From positions 352,001 to 416,000 of the forward strand of contig CAVZMI010000023.1 of assembly GCA_963776275.1 (NCBI GenBank): a stretch of DNA of 64,000 nucleotides. The letters are read 5' to 3'. Source of the stretch: Ignavibacteriota bacterium. GTDB lineage: Bacteria; Bacteroidota; Ignavibacteria; UBA10030; CAVZMI01. Each line of letters opens with the position of its first letter. Positions within the stretch are counted from its first letter, which is position 1. A program made the translations under genes and the position numbers. The notes below the pieces were generated by a model. That model was not told the origin of the DNA and made no database searches. It saw only the letters and a list, made by a program, of their open reading frames with translations. Below, piece by piece: positions 37,932 through 49,200 of this stretch.

Positions 37932-40711
37932 TTACGAACACCCTGATGTTGCCCCGCAGTTCAGGCATTTGTAGCATGTACCGTTACGTACCATGATACT
38001 GCCGCATTCATGGCACGGCGGCGCATCGGACTGCGTCTGGAAAATCTGTTTCTCGGTCTTTTCTATCGTCGGCGTAGCGTCAAGAATCGACGGCGGTTTT
38101 TCCTGCACCCCATTGCCGAGCGGTGTCGTTTCCGGAACGATGATATGAGGCTGGTCTTCCGGCGGTAGAAACTTGCGCCCCAACCAGCGAAAGATATAGT
38201 CGCATATGGATTTCGCAATCGGGATCTCCTTATTATTGGTAAATCCCGACGGTTCAAACCGCATATGGCTGAACTTGTCGACCAGCACTTTCAAAGGGAC
38301 CCCATATTGAAGTGAGAGTGAGAGTGCCGTAGCGAGGGCATCCATCAACCCTGAAATCGTCGAGCCTTCTTTGGACATTGTTATGAAGACCTCGCCTGGC
38401 ACCCTGTCTTCATAGAGCCCGACGGTGATATATCCTTCGTGTCCGGCAATACTGAACTTGTGAGTGATTGATTCGCGTTCATCGGGTAGCCGCCGCCGCG
38501 CCGGCTTTTTTACCGTGACTTCAGCCGGTGGAGCGGCCTTTTTAGCGTCCGGATGCGAAGTGCTCAAAGGCTGGGTCCGCTTGCAGCCGTCGCGATAGAC
38601 TGCGATTGCTTTCAAGCCAAGTTTCCATGCCTCGATATAGGCCTGCATTATATCATCGACCGAGACATCATTAGGCATATTGACGGTCTTTGAAATCGCA
38701 CCCGAAATATACGGCTGCGCCGCTGCCATCATTTTGATATGGCCCATATAGTGGATCGTTCGGCTTCCCTTCGCCGGTCTGAATGCACAATCGAAAACGG
38801 GAAGATGTTCTTCCCTCAGATACGGAGCCCCCTCAATCGTATCATTCTTGTTGATATAGCCGATAATATGTTCGATTTGTTCTTCGTTGTAGCCAAGCCT
38901 TCGTAAGGCACGCGGAACCGTATTGTTGACGATCTTCATCAATCCGCCGCCGACGAGTTTTTTATATTTTATTAATGCGATATCGGGTTCGATGCCGGTC
39001 GTATCGCAATCCATCATAAACCCGATGGTACCTGTCGGGGCAAGGACCGTCGTCTGAGCGTTTCGGAAACTGTATTTCTCTCCCAGGGCATACGCTTCGT
39101 TCCAGACATTCTGCGCTGCCGTTAATAGATCGGCGGGCACTGTCTCTTTACTTGCAATCATATCGACATGAAGGCCATGTTTTTTTATAACATTCAGCAT
39201 TGGTTCACGATTAACTGCAAAACCTTCGAACGGACCTTCCTCCCTGGAAATCAGCGCTGATTGGCGATATGTTTCGCCGCACATGAGAGCCGTAACGGCT
39301 GCCGCATAGGCTCGCCCTTCGTCGCTATCGTATGGGAGTCCGCGCGACATTAGCAATGCTCCAAGGTTTGCATAGCCAAGGCCGAGTGCTCTGAACTCGT
39401 GGCTGTTTTTTGAAATTGCCGGAGTCGGATAGCTGGCATTATCGACTAGAATTTCCTGTGCCGTGACAGTAATATCTACTGCATGGCGAAACGCTTCGAT
39501 ATCGTACTCGCCATCGGCTTTCTGGAATTTCATTAAATTCAATGAAGCAAGGTTGCACGCAGAATCATCGAGAAACATATATTCGCTGCAAGGGTTCGAC
39601 GCATTGATGGGAGCCGTCGCCGACGATGTATGCCAGTTATTGATTGTAGTATGGAATTGCATTCCGGGATCTCCGCATACCCAGGCTGCTTCTGCAATTT
39701 GTTTCATGATATCGCGCGCACGGTATGTGTCCATTATTCGGCCATCGAGAATCGCTTTGGTCGACCACGGTTTGTCTTCAAGAGCAGCTTTCATAAACTC
39801 ATCGGTAACGCGAACCGAATGATTTGCATTTTGATATCCTATCGAATCGTATGCGCCGCCGGGAACATTGAATCCACCGTCATATCCATGATCGATGAGA
39901 ACCCACGCTTTTTTTTCTTCATCAGCTTTACATTTAATGAAGTCGATAATATCAGGATGATCGATATTCAGGATTACCATCTTCGCGGCGCGGCGCGTCT
40001 TTCCACCGGACTTAATCACTCCGGCAAATGCGTCGTACCCGCGCATAAACGATACAGGCCCGAAGCCGTGCCGCCGCCCGAAAGATTTTCACGCGATGAT
40101 CGGAGCGTCGAGAGATTTGATCCTGTCCCCGATCCGAATTTAAAAAGGCGGCCTTCTGTTTTCACCAGATCCAGGATCGACTCCATCGTGTCCTTCACCG
40201 AATTAATGAAACAAGCCGAACACTGCGGATGTTCTTCGATGCCGACATTAAACCAGACCGGACTGTTGAACGCCATATACTGATTGACGAGAAGATATGT
40301 AAGCTCGTAATAAAAAATTTCTGCATCCTTATGCGTTGCAAAATATCCGCCGTTCACTCCCCACCCTGTAATGGTCTTGGCGACGCGTTCGACGAGCTGT
40401 TTCACGCTTCGTTCACGTTCGGGTGTGTTGGTTTTTCCATGAAAATATTTTGAGACAACAACGTTCGTCGCCGTCATTGACCATGTTGCGGGAATCTCAA
40501 CATCACACTGCTCGAATATTTTTTCTCCCTGCTCGCTGGTTATGACCGCAGTGCGGAGCTCCCATTGTATCTCTTCGAATGGATGAACTCCGGCTTTTGT
40601 GAAATACCGTCCGAGCGTGAGTCCTTTAGCACCCGGTTCATTCACGGCAGCATCAGATTGCGTGTACACCGACGGCTCCGTCTCAACGGCAGAAGGTTCC
40701 TTCAATACCAT
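37932..40711 (-). CDS. nrdJ: Adenosylcobalamin-dependent (class II) ribonucleotide reductase; -1 indel at ~40058
   Basis: FNSPVWFN, QCSACFI, GGTASG/PVSFMRG junction, RRAAKM, SNPCSEY, APTGTI, C-terminal TSCPD domain and CxxC...CxxC; adding one base restores ~926 aa. Confidence 0.95.
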
Positions 40712-40838
40712 GTCAAATCTCCTTGCGTCTATTACTAACTTGAAAATCTCTTTATGATTTTATTCTTGGTCGAAGATAGGGCACACATCAATATTATAGT
40801 CAGCCCAGGCGAGACATAATCGAAAAGTAACTCCTGTG

Positions 40839-40867
40839 AATATAATCACTTGCTGAAGTGAAGTCAA
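40839..40867 (-). promoter_or_regulatory. Sigma70-type promoter for nrdJ
   Basis: TTGACT-N17-TATATT. Confidence 0.6.
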
Positions 40868-41014
40868 GTAAAAAATGAAGAAAAATTCGTTTCAAGAACA
40901 ATTTTCTGGCACGCAATTCTAATTCTCATATTTACAGTACTTCGACTGAAAGATCTTCAGTTATACTCTCAATAACGGTTACAAGAACTTTCTATATATT
41001 GATATTTAGATTCT

Positions 41015-43033
41015 TCACAATTGCACTGTGAACGATACAGTATAACTTCTTCGCGGCATCGGGTAACCAGACATTACTTCATAGCATTTATTAAACAGAT
41101 TTTGAATCGAAACCATGAATTTAGACGAGAAAAGACCGACGAGAACATCTGTACCGCAGTTCAATCCCGTTGTAGCATACGAAGGAAGAACTAGATCGGG
41201 ATTGTTCTCGGCCGTTGTATATCGAAGTCCAGTATAGTGCCACTCGAGACCTAACCACACCTTCGGCAGCCATGAAATCGGTGTATGCGGATTCCATTGA
41301 ACAGCTACTTTCCCAATCTCGCGGGGTATGAAAGGGAGTTGTTTCATATATGTCTGGTCGTTTTCTCCATCGCTGTTCTCCTTCGTTGTCTTTAATGTTG
41401 TATAATTTCCATTCAATGAGAATTTTTCATCCGGGGTTCTGAGAGTAAATGAGAACTCGAATCCTGTTGAGAGCGACTTTCCAATATTTTGAGGGAACCA
41501 GAGTCCGCCCTCGCCGGGAGCCCAAAGGATCCTGTTGATCGTCCGGATATTAAACCATGTAATTTCAACTGTGTGAGACAGAGAGAAATCATTGATAAAA
41601 AGTATTCCGGCTTCATAGCTCGTTGAATTCTCCGGTTTCAATTCCGGATTACCGCTCCACGGGTAATATAGCTCGTTGAATGTCGGGACACGGTAATTCG
41701 TACCAACACTTCCGCGAAGCGTTACCGTTGCGTTCCTCAGTCCCCATCCCATGATCGGAACCGACCGAAGCGATATGGCAAGTTTCGGACTTATTTTCGA
41801 GCCGATTTCCGAGAAGCGATCATACCGTAATGCCGGGAGTATATAGATAGATTCAACGACATCCCCAAGTCCCTGCCAGCGGAAATCATAGGTAGAATAG
41901 AGGCTCTGTTGAGTCCGCTGTGGCGTTGTTGTTAATTCATTCCCTTCCAACGAGTACTTGCGTATCTCCGTACCGAAGATAAGCATGCTTTTTCCCGAGA
42001 CAGGGACGTCGAATTCGGCGGTACCACCATGCATCGTATTCAATGAATATGTGTCGAGAGGTCCGTTCCCGTACGGATAGAGCGGATCCTCATACCGTTG
42101 ATAGAGTTGCTGAACATCGGCTGTTATACGGCACTGTATTATACCAGCGATCGGGAATCCCGAAGAGAGAAGAAGGCGGAGAGTACGATCCTGCTGACGG
42201 GCAACTCCATCGGGAGCCGACTGAGAGAGGATTTGCCCCGGAATGCCGCGAACACTCCCACCGTACCACAGTAGTGCCCGTATGGATGAGGAAGTGCCGA
42301 GTTTTGTTGAGAGAGAAAAAAGGAGATTTTTCCGGTTGTAGTCATTGTTATCCCGGTACCGTGAAATCTGTTCCGTTTGTTGGGAGAGTGTATAGGGAAA
42401 ATTTCCGGTACTCCGTTCCATGAATGCTCCGCCCGTGATCGAGACCGGTTCCACCGTCTGTCGAATGCTCAAGCCGGCTTTACTTGTCCCGAAAGAACCG
42501 ATGGCGCTATGAAGTGAAATGGAAGGTTTCTCTTCGCCCTGTGGAAATACAATATTCACCGATCCTGCCACCGCATCGGCCCCAACGATGGCTGAATTCC
42601 CGCTCCGGATCACTTCGATACGTTCGATCATTTCAACAGGAATTTCTCCACAATCAACAACACCATTCTGCATATTTGATAACCGTACGCCGTTTACCAA
42701 GAAAACTGTATGCTCGGCACTCATTCCGCGGAGAGTGATTGTCTTTATATTATTCCCTCCATAGTCCTTGATAAATAGGGCCGTTGACCCGTTCAGTGCG
42801 TCGGAAAGCCGATAGGCATTTCGCTCCAGAAGACTCGCACTTGAGATGACTTCGGCCGCTACCGGCGATTCGTTCCGGAGCATTTCGGTCCTTGACGCGC
42901 TGACGATAACCTCGTCAAGACGGTAGAGCGTTGAATCGCTGTGGGTACCGGTAGATGAACCAGAATCTGCCGCGTCGACATGCAGTAATGTCCCTGAAAG
43001 GAGAACTCCTAATAATATTCTTCTCATATACAT
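41015..43033 (-). CDS. btuB: TonB-dependent receptor, probable cobalamin transporter
   Basis: LDEVIVSASR TonB box, LRG......L.NG, IERIEVIR, GNPELKPE; directly downstream of a cobalamin riboswitch. Confidence 0.85.
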   Translation of the reverse strand: MYMRRILLGVLLSGTLLHVDAADSGSSTGTHSDSTLYRLDEVIVSASRTEMLRNESPVAAEVISSASLLERNAYRLSDALNGSTALFIKDYGGNNIKTITLRGMSAEHTVFLVNGVRLSNMQNGVVDCGEIPVEMIERIEVIRSGNSAIVGADAVAGSVNIVFPQGEEKPSISLHSAIGSFGTSKAGLSIRQTVEPVSITGGAFMERSTGNFPYTLSQQTEQISRYRDNNDYNRKNLLFSLSTKLGTSSSIRALLWYGGSVRGIPGQILSQSAPDGVARQQDRTLRLLLSSGFPIAGIIQCRITADVQQLYQRYEDPLYPYGNGPLDTYSLNTMHGGTAEFDVPVSGKSMLIFGTEIRKYSLEGNELTTTPQRTQQSLYSTYDFRWQGLGDVVESIYILPALRYDRFSEIGSKISPKLAISLRSVPIMGWGLRNATVTLRGSVGTNYRVPTFNELYYPWSGNPELKPENSTSYEAGILFINDFSLSHTVEITWFNIRTINRILWAPGEGGLWFPQNIGKSLSTGFEFSFTLRTPDEKFSLNGNYTTLKTTKENSDGENDQTYMKQLPFIPREIGKVAVQWNPHTPISWLPKVWLGLEWHYTGLRYTTAENNPDLVLPSYATTGLNCGTDVLVGLFSSKFMVSIQNLFNKCYEVMSGYPMPRRSYTVSFTVQL

Positions 43034-43117
43034 AAAAAAACCCCTTTCTTCGGCGGAAACCGGAGATTGGGGTTATAATCACCATCCATCCCCTTCCCGC
43101 GAAGGTATGTTTCGATG

Positions 43118-43376
43118 GAGTGCAGGCAGGTCTCCTGGCTTTCCCGAATTCTGATCCGTCTTCCCGTCCCCTTCCGTTTTCGGCGGATTCTGGGCAGTGA
43201 CGTCATTGAATCAGAGTTGTACCCCCTATGGATTATAGAGGGTCGGGATCACAGTTGCGGGGCAGCCTCCGAATTCCTGCATCACGTATCTATCGTTTCG
43301 CATCGATACGGGATGCCGGTCACGGAGTTCCCTTTTCACACAGTCTCGACTTCATCGAGACGATGCACCTTCACTC
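43118..43376 (-). ncRNA. Cobalamin riboswitch (AdoCbl/Cbl-I type)
   Basis: Minus strand AGGUGC...AAAAGGGAAcuccGUGA...AAUUcggagGCUGCCCCGCAACUGUGA...GUCACUG...GGGAAGAC...AGCCAGGAGACCUGCCU; P1 gagug/cacuc; downstream ccuucGCGGgaagg hairpin can kiss L5 (CCGC). Confidence 0.96.
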
Positions 43377-43411
43377 ATTATGAAAAAGAGCATTCTAAAA
43401 AAATGTTGTGC

Positions 43412-43440
43412 AATATACAGAATCGAAGTACAGATGTCAA
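43412..43440 (-). promoter_or_regulatory. Sigma70-type promoter for riboswitch-btuB
   Basis: TTGACA-N17-TATATT, ~35 nt upstream of riboswitch P1. Confidence 0.75.
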
Positions 43441-43547
43441 GAACTTTTTACACGAAATGAAAATAAATTGCCCGACGAATCATATTTACGAGATAAACAG
43501 TGTTGTAAATTGTGAGTCAAGGGCAAGTAGGGACGTAAGACTCTGAT

Positions 43548-43622
43548 CCACGGCGTGAGCCGTGGGAAAACGCATAGCAACTTCACTCATCGAGCCACAG
43601 AGTGTCTACGACTCGTAGAGGC
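43548..43622. repeat. REP-like palindrome pair downstream of ssb
   Basis: ccacggc-gtga-gccgtgg (43548-43565) and gccac-aga-gtg[insert]gc containing tctacga-c-tcgtaga (43605-43619). Confidence 0.6.
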
Positions 43623-43635
43623 GCAAGATAAAATC

Positions 43636-44082
43636 CTAAAATGGCAGATCGTCGTCTTTTTGAGATCCTCCTCCGATGTCCGTCCCCGGAGTCACCGAAC
43701 CTTCGGTACCGGGCGCTCCGCCTGTTGATCCGGGTCTGCCCGCCCCTCCCGCTCCATCGAGCATGATCATATCATCGGCGACAATTTCGGTTACATATTT
43801 TTTCACGCCGTTTTTATCGTCGTAGCTTCGTGTTTGAAGCCTACCTTCAATATAAACTTTTTTCCCCTTCTTCAGCCACTCACCGCAAATTTCTGCAAGT
43901 TTTCTCCATGCGACAATATTGTGCCACTCGGTGCGTTCCTGCAGATTTCCATCCTGATCTTTCCAGCTCTCGTTCGTTGCAATGGTGAACGTCGTCACGG
44001 CAACGCCGCTTGTGGTATAGCGAAGTTCAGGATCCCTCCCCAAATTCCCGATTAACATGACTTTATTCAGACTTTTAGCCAT
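43636..44082 (-). CDS. ssb: Single-stranded DNA-binding protein
   Basis: [33 protein letters not shown] tail. Confidence 0.99.
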   Translation of the reverse strand: MAKSLNKVMLIGNLGRDPELRYTTSGVAVTTFTIATNESWKDQDGNLQERTEWHNIVAWRKLAEICGEWLKKGKKVYIEGRLQTRSYDDKNGVKKYVTEIVADDMIMLDGAGGAGRPGSTGGAPGTEGSVTPGTDIGGGSQKDDDLPF

Positions 44083-44140
44083 CGGAAAAATCCTCTAATT
44101 ATTTTCTTATGTGTATTATTCGATTATTTTTACAACGAAA

Positions 44141-44169
44141 AGTATAGAAGAAAAATGTGATTAAAGCAA
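44141..44169 (-). promoter_or_regulatory. Sigma70-type promoter for ssb
   Basis: TTGCTT-N17-TATACT. Confidence 0.55.
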
Positions 44170-44176
44170 GCTCTTT

Positions 44177-45103
44177 TCACTCTTTAGGAGGATGAAGATC
44201 AAATAGTGTCACTTGATGTGCCGTGAGAATGTATATCCGATTGTTTCGATACACACAATCTAAAATGATATGATCATGCTGCTGATTATTTTCCGGTACC
44301 GGCAAAACTATAGTCTGTTGTTCATGCCATTCCGTTCCGTCTAACCGAAGAATAGTTACGGAACTATCGGAAGTACAAATCCATTGAGATGTCGAAGCAT
44401 CAAATGAGCAGCTCGATATTTTTTCCGCATTATGATATCTATTAAGAAAATTTCCATAGAGATCGAAGAATATCAGGTCGTTTCCATCGACTACCGCAAG
44501 GACATCTGTAAGACTTGCGCGGACGCGTGTTGGATGCAAAAGCCGGCCCATCCCTGCGTCAAAGCCGCCGAATGTCGCTATGAGTGCTCCTGTTGCATCC
44601 ATTTTGATAATGCGTGCATTATCACCATCGAGAATAAAAATATCATTATGACGTGATACTGCGAGACTGCGAGGATAACGAAAAATCGGACTTGCCGGAT
44701 CGGGATATGTACCTGTAATGGATGATACATAGTTAAGATTTTTATCAAATATTTGAATCCGGTTATTTCCGTAATCGGCAATAAAAATTCTTAACGGTTG
44801 TACCGCATCAACATCTGAAGGTTGATCGAATTCGAGGTTTCCCCATCCTCTGCCGCTCAGCATACGGAGTATCTCTCCCGAAGCAGCCATTTCAATAACA
44901 GCCTCATTTCCCGCATCAACGATCACTATTATTCCATCGAGTGTGAGCGACATTGCACGTGCGTCCGTGAATGAACCGTAAGAATGGATTGCTTCCGCCG
45001 CCTCAAAGGATCGCTGGGCCTGCATGGTAGAAATTGCCGTGACGGCACAAAATAAAGAGAAGCAGAGAATCCATTTATATTTACGAGCATGAAAATATTG
45101 CAT
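44177..45103 (-). CDS. Exported NHL-repeat beta-propeller protein
   Basis: Signal peptide; FDQPSDV...IFIADYGNNRIQIFD; FRYPRSLAV...IFILD. Confidence 0.85.
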   Translation of the reverse strand: MQYFHARKYKWILCFSLFCAVTAISTMQAQRSFEAAEAIHSYGSFTDARAMSLTLDGIIVIVDAGNEAVIEMAASGEILRMLSGRGWGNLEFDQPSDVDAVQPLRIFIADYGNNRIQIFDKNLNYVSSITGTYPDPASPIFRYPRSLAVSRHNDIFILDGDNARIIKMDATGALIATFGGFDAGMGRLLHPTRVRASLTDVLAVVDGNDLIFFDLYGNFLNRYHNAEKISSCSFDASTSQWICTSDSSVTILRLDGTEWHEQQTIVLPVPENNQQHDHIILDCVYRNNRIYILTAHQVTLFDLHPPKE

Positions 45104-45121
45104 GATTTCCGTCGTCTCAAT

Positions 45122-45156
45122 AAAAGAGGAGCTCCACTTAGGGGAGCTCCTCTTTA
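45122..45156. terminator. Intrinsic terminator closing the TBDT-cargo-PorV operon
   Basis: Perfect 13-bp stem aaagaggagctcc (45123-45135)/ggagctcctcttt (45143-45155). Confidence 0.85.
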
Positions 45157-45183
45157 CTTATAATGCTGTTATGAACTAGTCTT

Positions 45184-46217
45184 TTAGAAACCGGCTTTGA
45201 CAGTAATCCATTGGTTACCGCCGAAGAAATCCGTTTTCCTGTACGAGTAATCGAAAGAAACGGATGATGTTCCGATCGGAATCTTCACTCCAACTCCGAA
45301 AGTCGGTCCAAAGATATTGTCCGATTGATTCTGGGATCGATTCGTACCACCGCGAAGGAAAAGCATGTTATTCCACGCATACTCCAGACCGATGCTATAC
45401 TCATCGTTCCCATAGTTTGAATTTTGGAAATTACCGGCAATACTTATTTTGTGTTGTTCGGCTACATCGAAATCATATCCGAGTCCCATCTCAAGTGTTG
45501 ATGGAAGATCGAATTGCTGGCCGGGAACTGCCAATGAACGTTGACGAGCCCCCGGTTCCTGTCCCGGTATCTCGACAAAGGATTCCATATCTTGACCGGA
45601 AAAAACCATTTTTGGACCGAGGTTTTTCAGTACGACACCGAGTTTCAATCCGGATGATCCCGATACATATTGAATGCCAATATCAACTGCGAAACCCGTC
45701 GCGCTCGTACGTATGATCGATTCATTGATGAGTTTCACCGTGGCACCACCGTATATTCTGTCGGTAAACGCACGTGCAAAGGTGAGCCCGACGGTAATAT
45801 AGCTTGGACTATAGGTTGTGCCAGTGCCTTCGGGGAAATCGGTTGTAGTCACCGGAATATCACCAAAGCTTAACGAACGTGCCGTTAGTCCAAGAGTGCC
45901 GACATCGCCCAGCGATGCTGCAACACCGAAATAATTGAGTTTAATATCGCCAATATAATTCAAGTTCGAAAACATTAATTCCACGAACCGGGAATTCGCG
46001 CCATACCTGCTGGATTCCACGCTATGGCTTCAACGCCAGAGACAGAAGCATTTACTGCTCCGCTCATTGCTGTTCCCTGAGATCCAACCGGAACAAGCAA
46101 CTCCGTCGCTCCGGCCGTCCCTCCTCGGGTATCGGATCCGCTATAAGCGATGTCTACACTTATACATACCACAAATAGTGGTAAAAGAAACGTAGACAAA
46201 TTTTTTATGATATCCAT
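45184..46217 (-). CDS. PorV/PorQ-family outer-membrane barrel; -1 indel at ~45985
   Basis: GT.GA..LL.PVG....AM.GA......E...WNPAG N-terminus, A.D.G.QY, KNLG, LP.....G, LRGG, DYSY, terminal F; ATG 46217 with AGGAG; ~344 aa when repaired. Confidence 0.88.
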
Positions 46218-46277
46218 TGTTGCTCTCCTCAAGTTGAAAATTGGTGGCAAATACCCTGACACAAAAACATTTTGGGA

Positions 46278-49200
46278 TTAATAATTATCCAATCGCTCTT
46301 CCGACATAATGACTGCCATCTTCAGGATTTTTGTTCCTATACCCGGCATGTCAATATATGCAACATACATACCGCTGGCGACTGGGAGGGCGCTAGTATT
46401 CAACAGATCCCAATCTGCTGTTGTCCTTGTGTCATTTTTATCGATCACACGAACGAGCTGGCCGGCAAGATTGAATATTCTAATCTTTGCCGTCTGCGGC
46501 AGATTTGTAATTCGTACCACATGATTGAACTGATCGCGTTCATAAGCACTTGCACCAAAGTATGGATTCGGGACTGCCATGATTTTGTCTAAATCGATCC
46601 TCGCCAGAGAATCATTCTGGGTCGGCGCTGTCGATATAGTAACTGTATAAACGTTTGCAGCTTTTATTGGTTTGTAAGGTATTACAATGAATTTAGATGC
46701 AGCGTTGCCAGTTGTCTGTCCATCCACTAACGCGATCGACATAGCATACATCATATCTGCCCCCGATTTGGCTGTTGCTACATCCGACCAATCAGCAGCG
46801 ACATGACCAACCGCATTTTGATAGAGCCACTGTCCTCCGGCTGCATTATACGTCCTGTTATATATGATTGCAAACTCAAGATAATTATCGACAGTAGGAT
46901 TGAATGTCGCATCGTTATCTTGATCACGCCAGGAAACGGTGAGCTGCCGGGGACTTGCCGGATTTGTCATATCCCAAACCGTAAATGGAACAGGGACAAA
47001 CGGGTCGGTTTCCTGAATAACATAGGAAGTGCTCACGCCGCCAACCCTTCTCATTCTGTAAGCATTTTGTGATTGGCCCGGACCGAATCGAACTTCGATC
47101 GGTGTATTATTAAGCATATCCCATGCACTACTCATATGTCCTAAGTAACTAGGCATATCACTTCCTATGATCATAATGATATACCCCGATTCTGTTGGAT
47201 CCAGAACCCCACCTCCGGTACTAGAAACGAACCAACCTGTCGATTCAAGCCAGCTTATATCACCCACGACGGAACAGGAATCTGGATTCGGTTTTGATTC
47301 GACATCAAGAACGACCCATTCGATCCCATCTTTTATCGGCCATGAATAACTATTCCCACCTTGAGCAGGACCCAAATTCGGCGAAGTGAGAAGATCTTGT
47401 GCAACCGTTTCATCGCGCAATTTCCAGCCCACTCTTGTTCCCTCCTCGTAATTAGCCAATATAGAATATACATGTTTTTTAAGGAGCGCCGGATTTATCA
47501 CAATTGGAATTACAGTGGCTTCCGATACCCCGGCAGTATGAACTACATCAGAAGCTCCCGCAACATGCTTCGCAACGGTCCTTAGCGTATCTCCATTACT
47601 TGCATGCAATCGTTCACCGGGTAATTGTGTCGGACGAACCCTTATAGTTTTGATTGCGCTTTCCAATGTTTTAGGCACGCTCTCTTTATTGAAAGTATAT
47701 GAAGTAACTGCAAAATAATAATCCTTTCCATTGGCAAGCGGATTACCCGTATATACGTCGGTTGTAATACGAATAGATCGCTGGATTCCTTTATTCTCGC
47801 CAAACTTCACCGGCTTATTCACTATATTCCCGACTGTTTTATCAAATACGTCGTCGTAAATAATTGCCGGACTTGCCAGGGCCGGATCATGAGGATTAAC
47901 CTTGAGGTCGTATGTTTTCAGCATCCTTGGGTCATCACCCGATATATTAGCCAGTTGATACACGACATACCCCTCGAACATATAGGTATCAAATGTCGCT
48001 GCCGCTGCTGCGGCAATTGGATCGGGCGTCACCGTATTTTCAATTTCGGTAGTAGCCGAATCGTCTTCGCCCCACGATAACACAATCTCATTGTCAAGTT
48101 GCGCCACCGTTACCGTTGGAGCTAACGGTGGTGGAGACAATGTAAAGTTGAGATCATAGGCAAGTTGTGCCGCTGCATCTGTGACTCTCAACGATGAAAC
48201 ACTTCCAAGATTGGTCGTTCCCTGAGCGATAAGATTTGCGGCGACAATTTCTTGTGTATCGCCGACAGCCATTGTGAAATGACCGGCCGTCATCATGAAA
48301 CGTCGATCGCCGGGGACGTCCGTATTTTCAATCCAGTTCGTCGCAGCATCGTATGCTTTTGTTGGGTCGCCCGGATACATGAACTTAGCGGGATTACCCA
48401 GATCGTCAACGATCGGAGATCCATCCCGGGCAAGACCTTTCATATAATTGTATGATTCCGCTCCGACATCCGGATTTCCCATCTTCGAACGATCGTTACT
48501 ATATTTTACGTATCGTGTCATCTTGAGGAATTTCTTCCCGGGGAAAATCCGACCATCCGGAAATTTTGCCGTATCTTGAGCTGTTCCATTTACAAGCGGC
48601 CCCTGCAAGAAATCGAATCCGGCTGCAGGCGCGATTTGGTAGCCGGCTGCACTCGTATTGGCACAATAGGTATATCCTATCCCGAGTGTCGTATCGCATC
48701 CATCGTAATCATTTGCACCGTCACCGATATCGCAATCCGCCCAAATTGTGACATACGTATCGTCAAGTTTGTTGCCGCCCTTATTTATCACTTTCCACTT
48801 GCAATAAATTACATTTCCGAGAGCATCGGATCGATTGTATGCAAAAGCGGTCATTTGAACTTCAATGCCGAGTGGTTCAGTTTTCTGGTTTGTATGCACC
48901 TTCGGATTATTATCGTTATAGACACACCAGACCATCATATCGCCGATGAGTGCCGGAATACGACTTCCGTCGGCGTCAAGGCTATCTGTCCCATCGACTT
49001 TTTTCAAAACGGGTGCGCCATCCTGCCACGGCCAGTTCGCCCAATCGGGATTTGATTTAGCATCGTCGCCCCGTTTGATTTTATAGACGTGATATCTATC
49101 AGCACCCGGGTCGACTCCTGCAGCAATAGGGCCGGCATCGAACTCATAAGAGTATTCTGCAATTGCCACTCGAGCTGAACCGTTGACTAAAGCTCCCATC

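Noticed and set aside
40016-40070. Programmed frameshift or natural nrdJa/nrdJb split
   Set aside because: The break falls inside the conserved ASGPVSFM motif at a GGGCC run with no slippery heptamer; natural splits separate the C-terminal domain; similar indels occur throughout the window
40775-40805. NrdR box upstream of nrdJ
   Set aside because: acacatcaatattatagt only loosely fits acaCwAtATaTwGtg and no tandem second box is evident
43115-43546. 143-aa plus-strand ORF
   Set aside because: It is antisense to the riboswitch and its promoter
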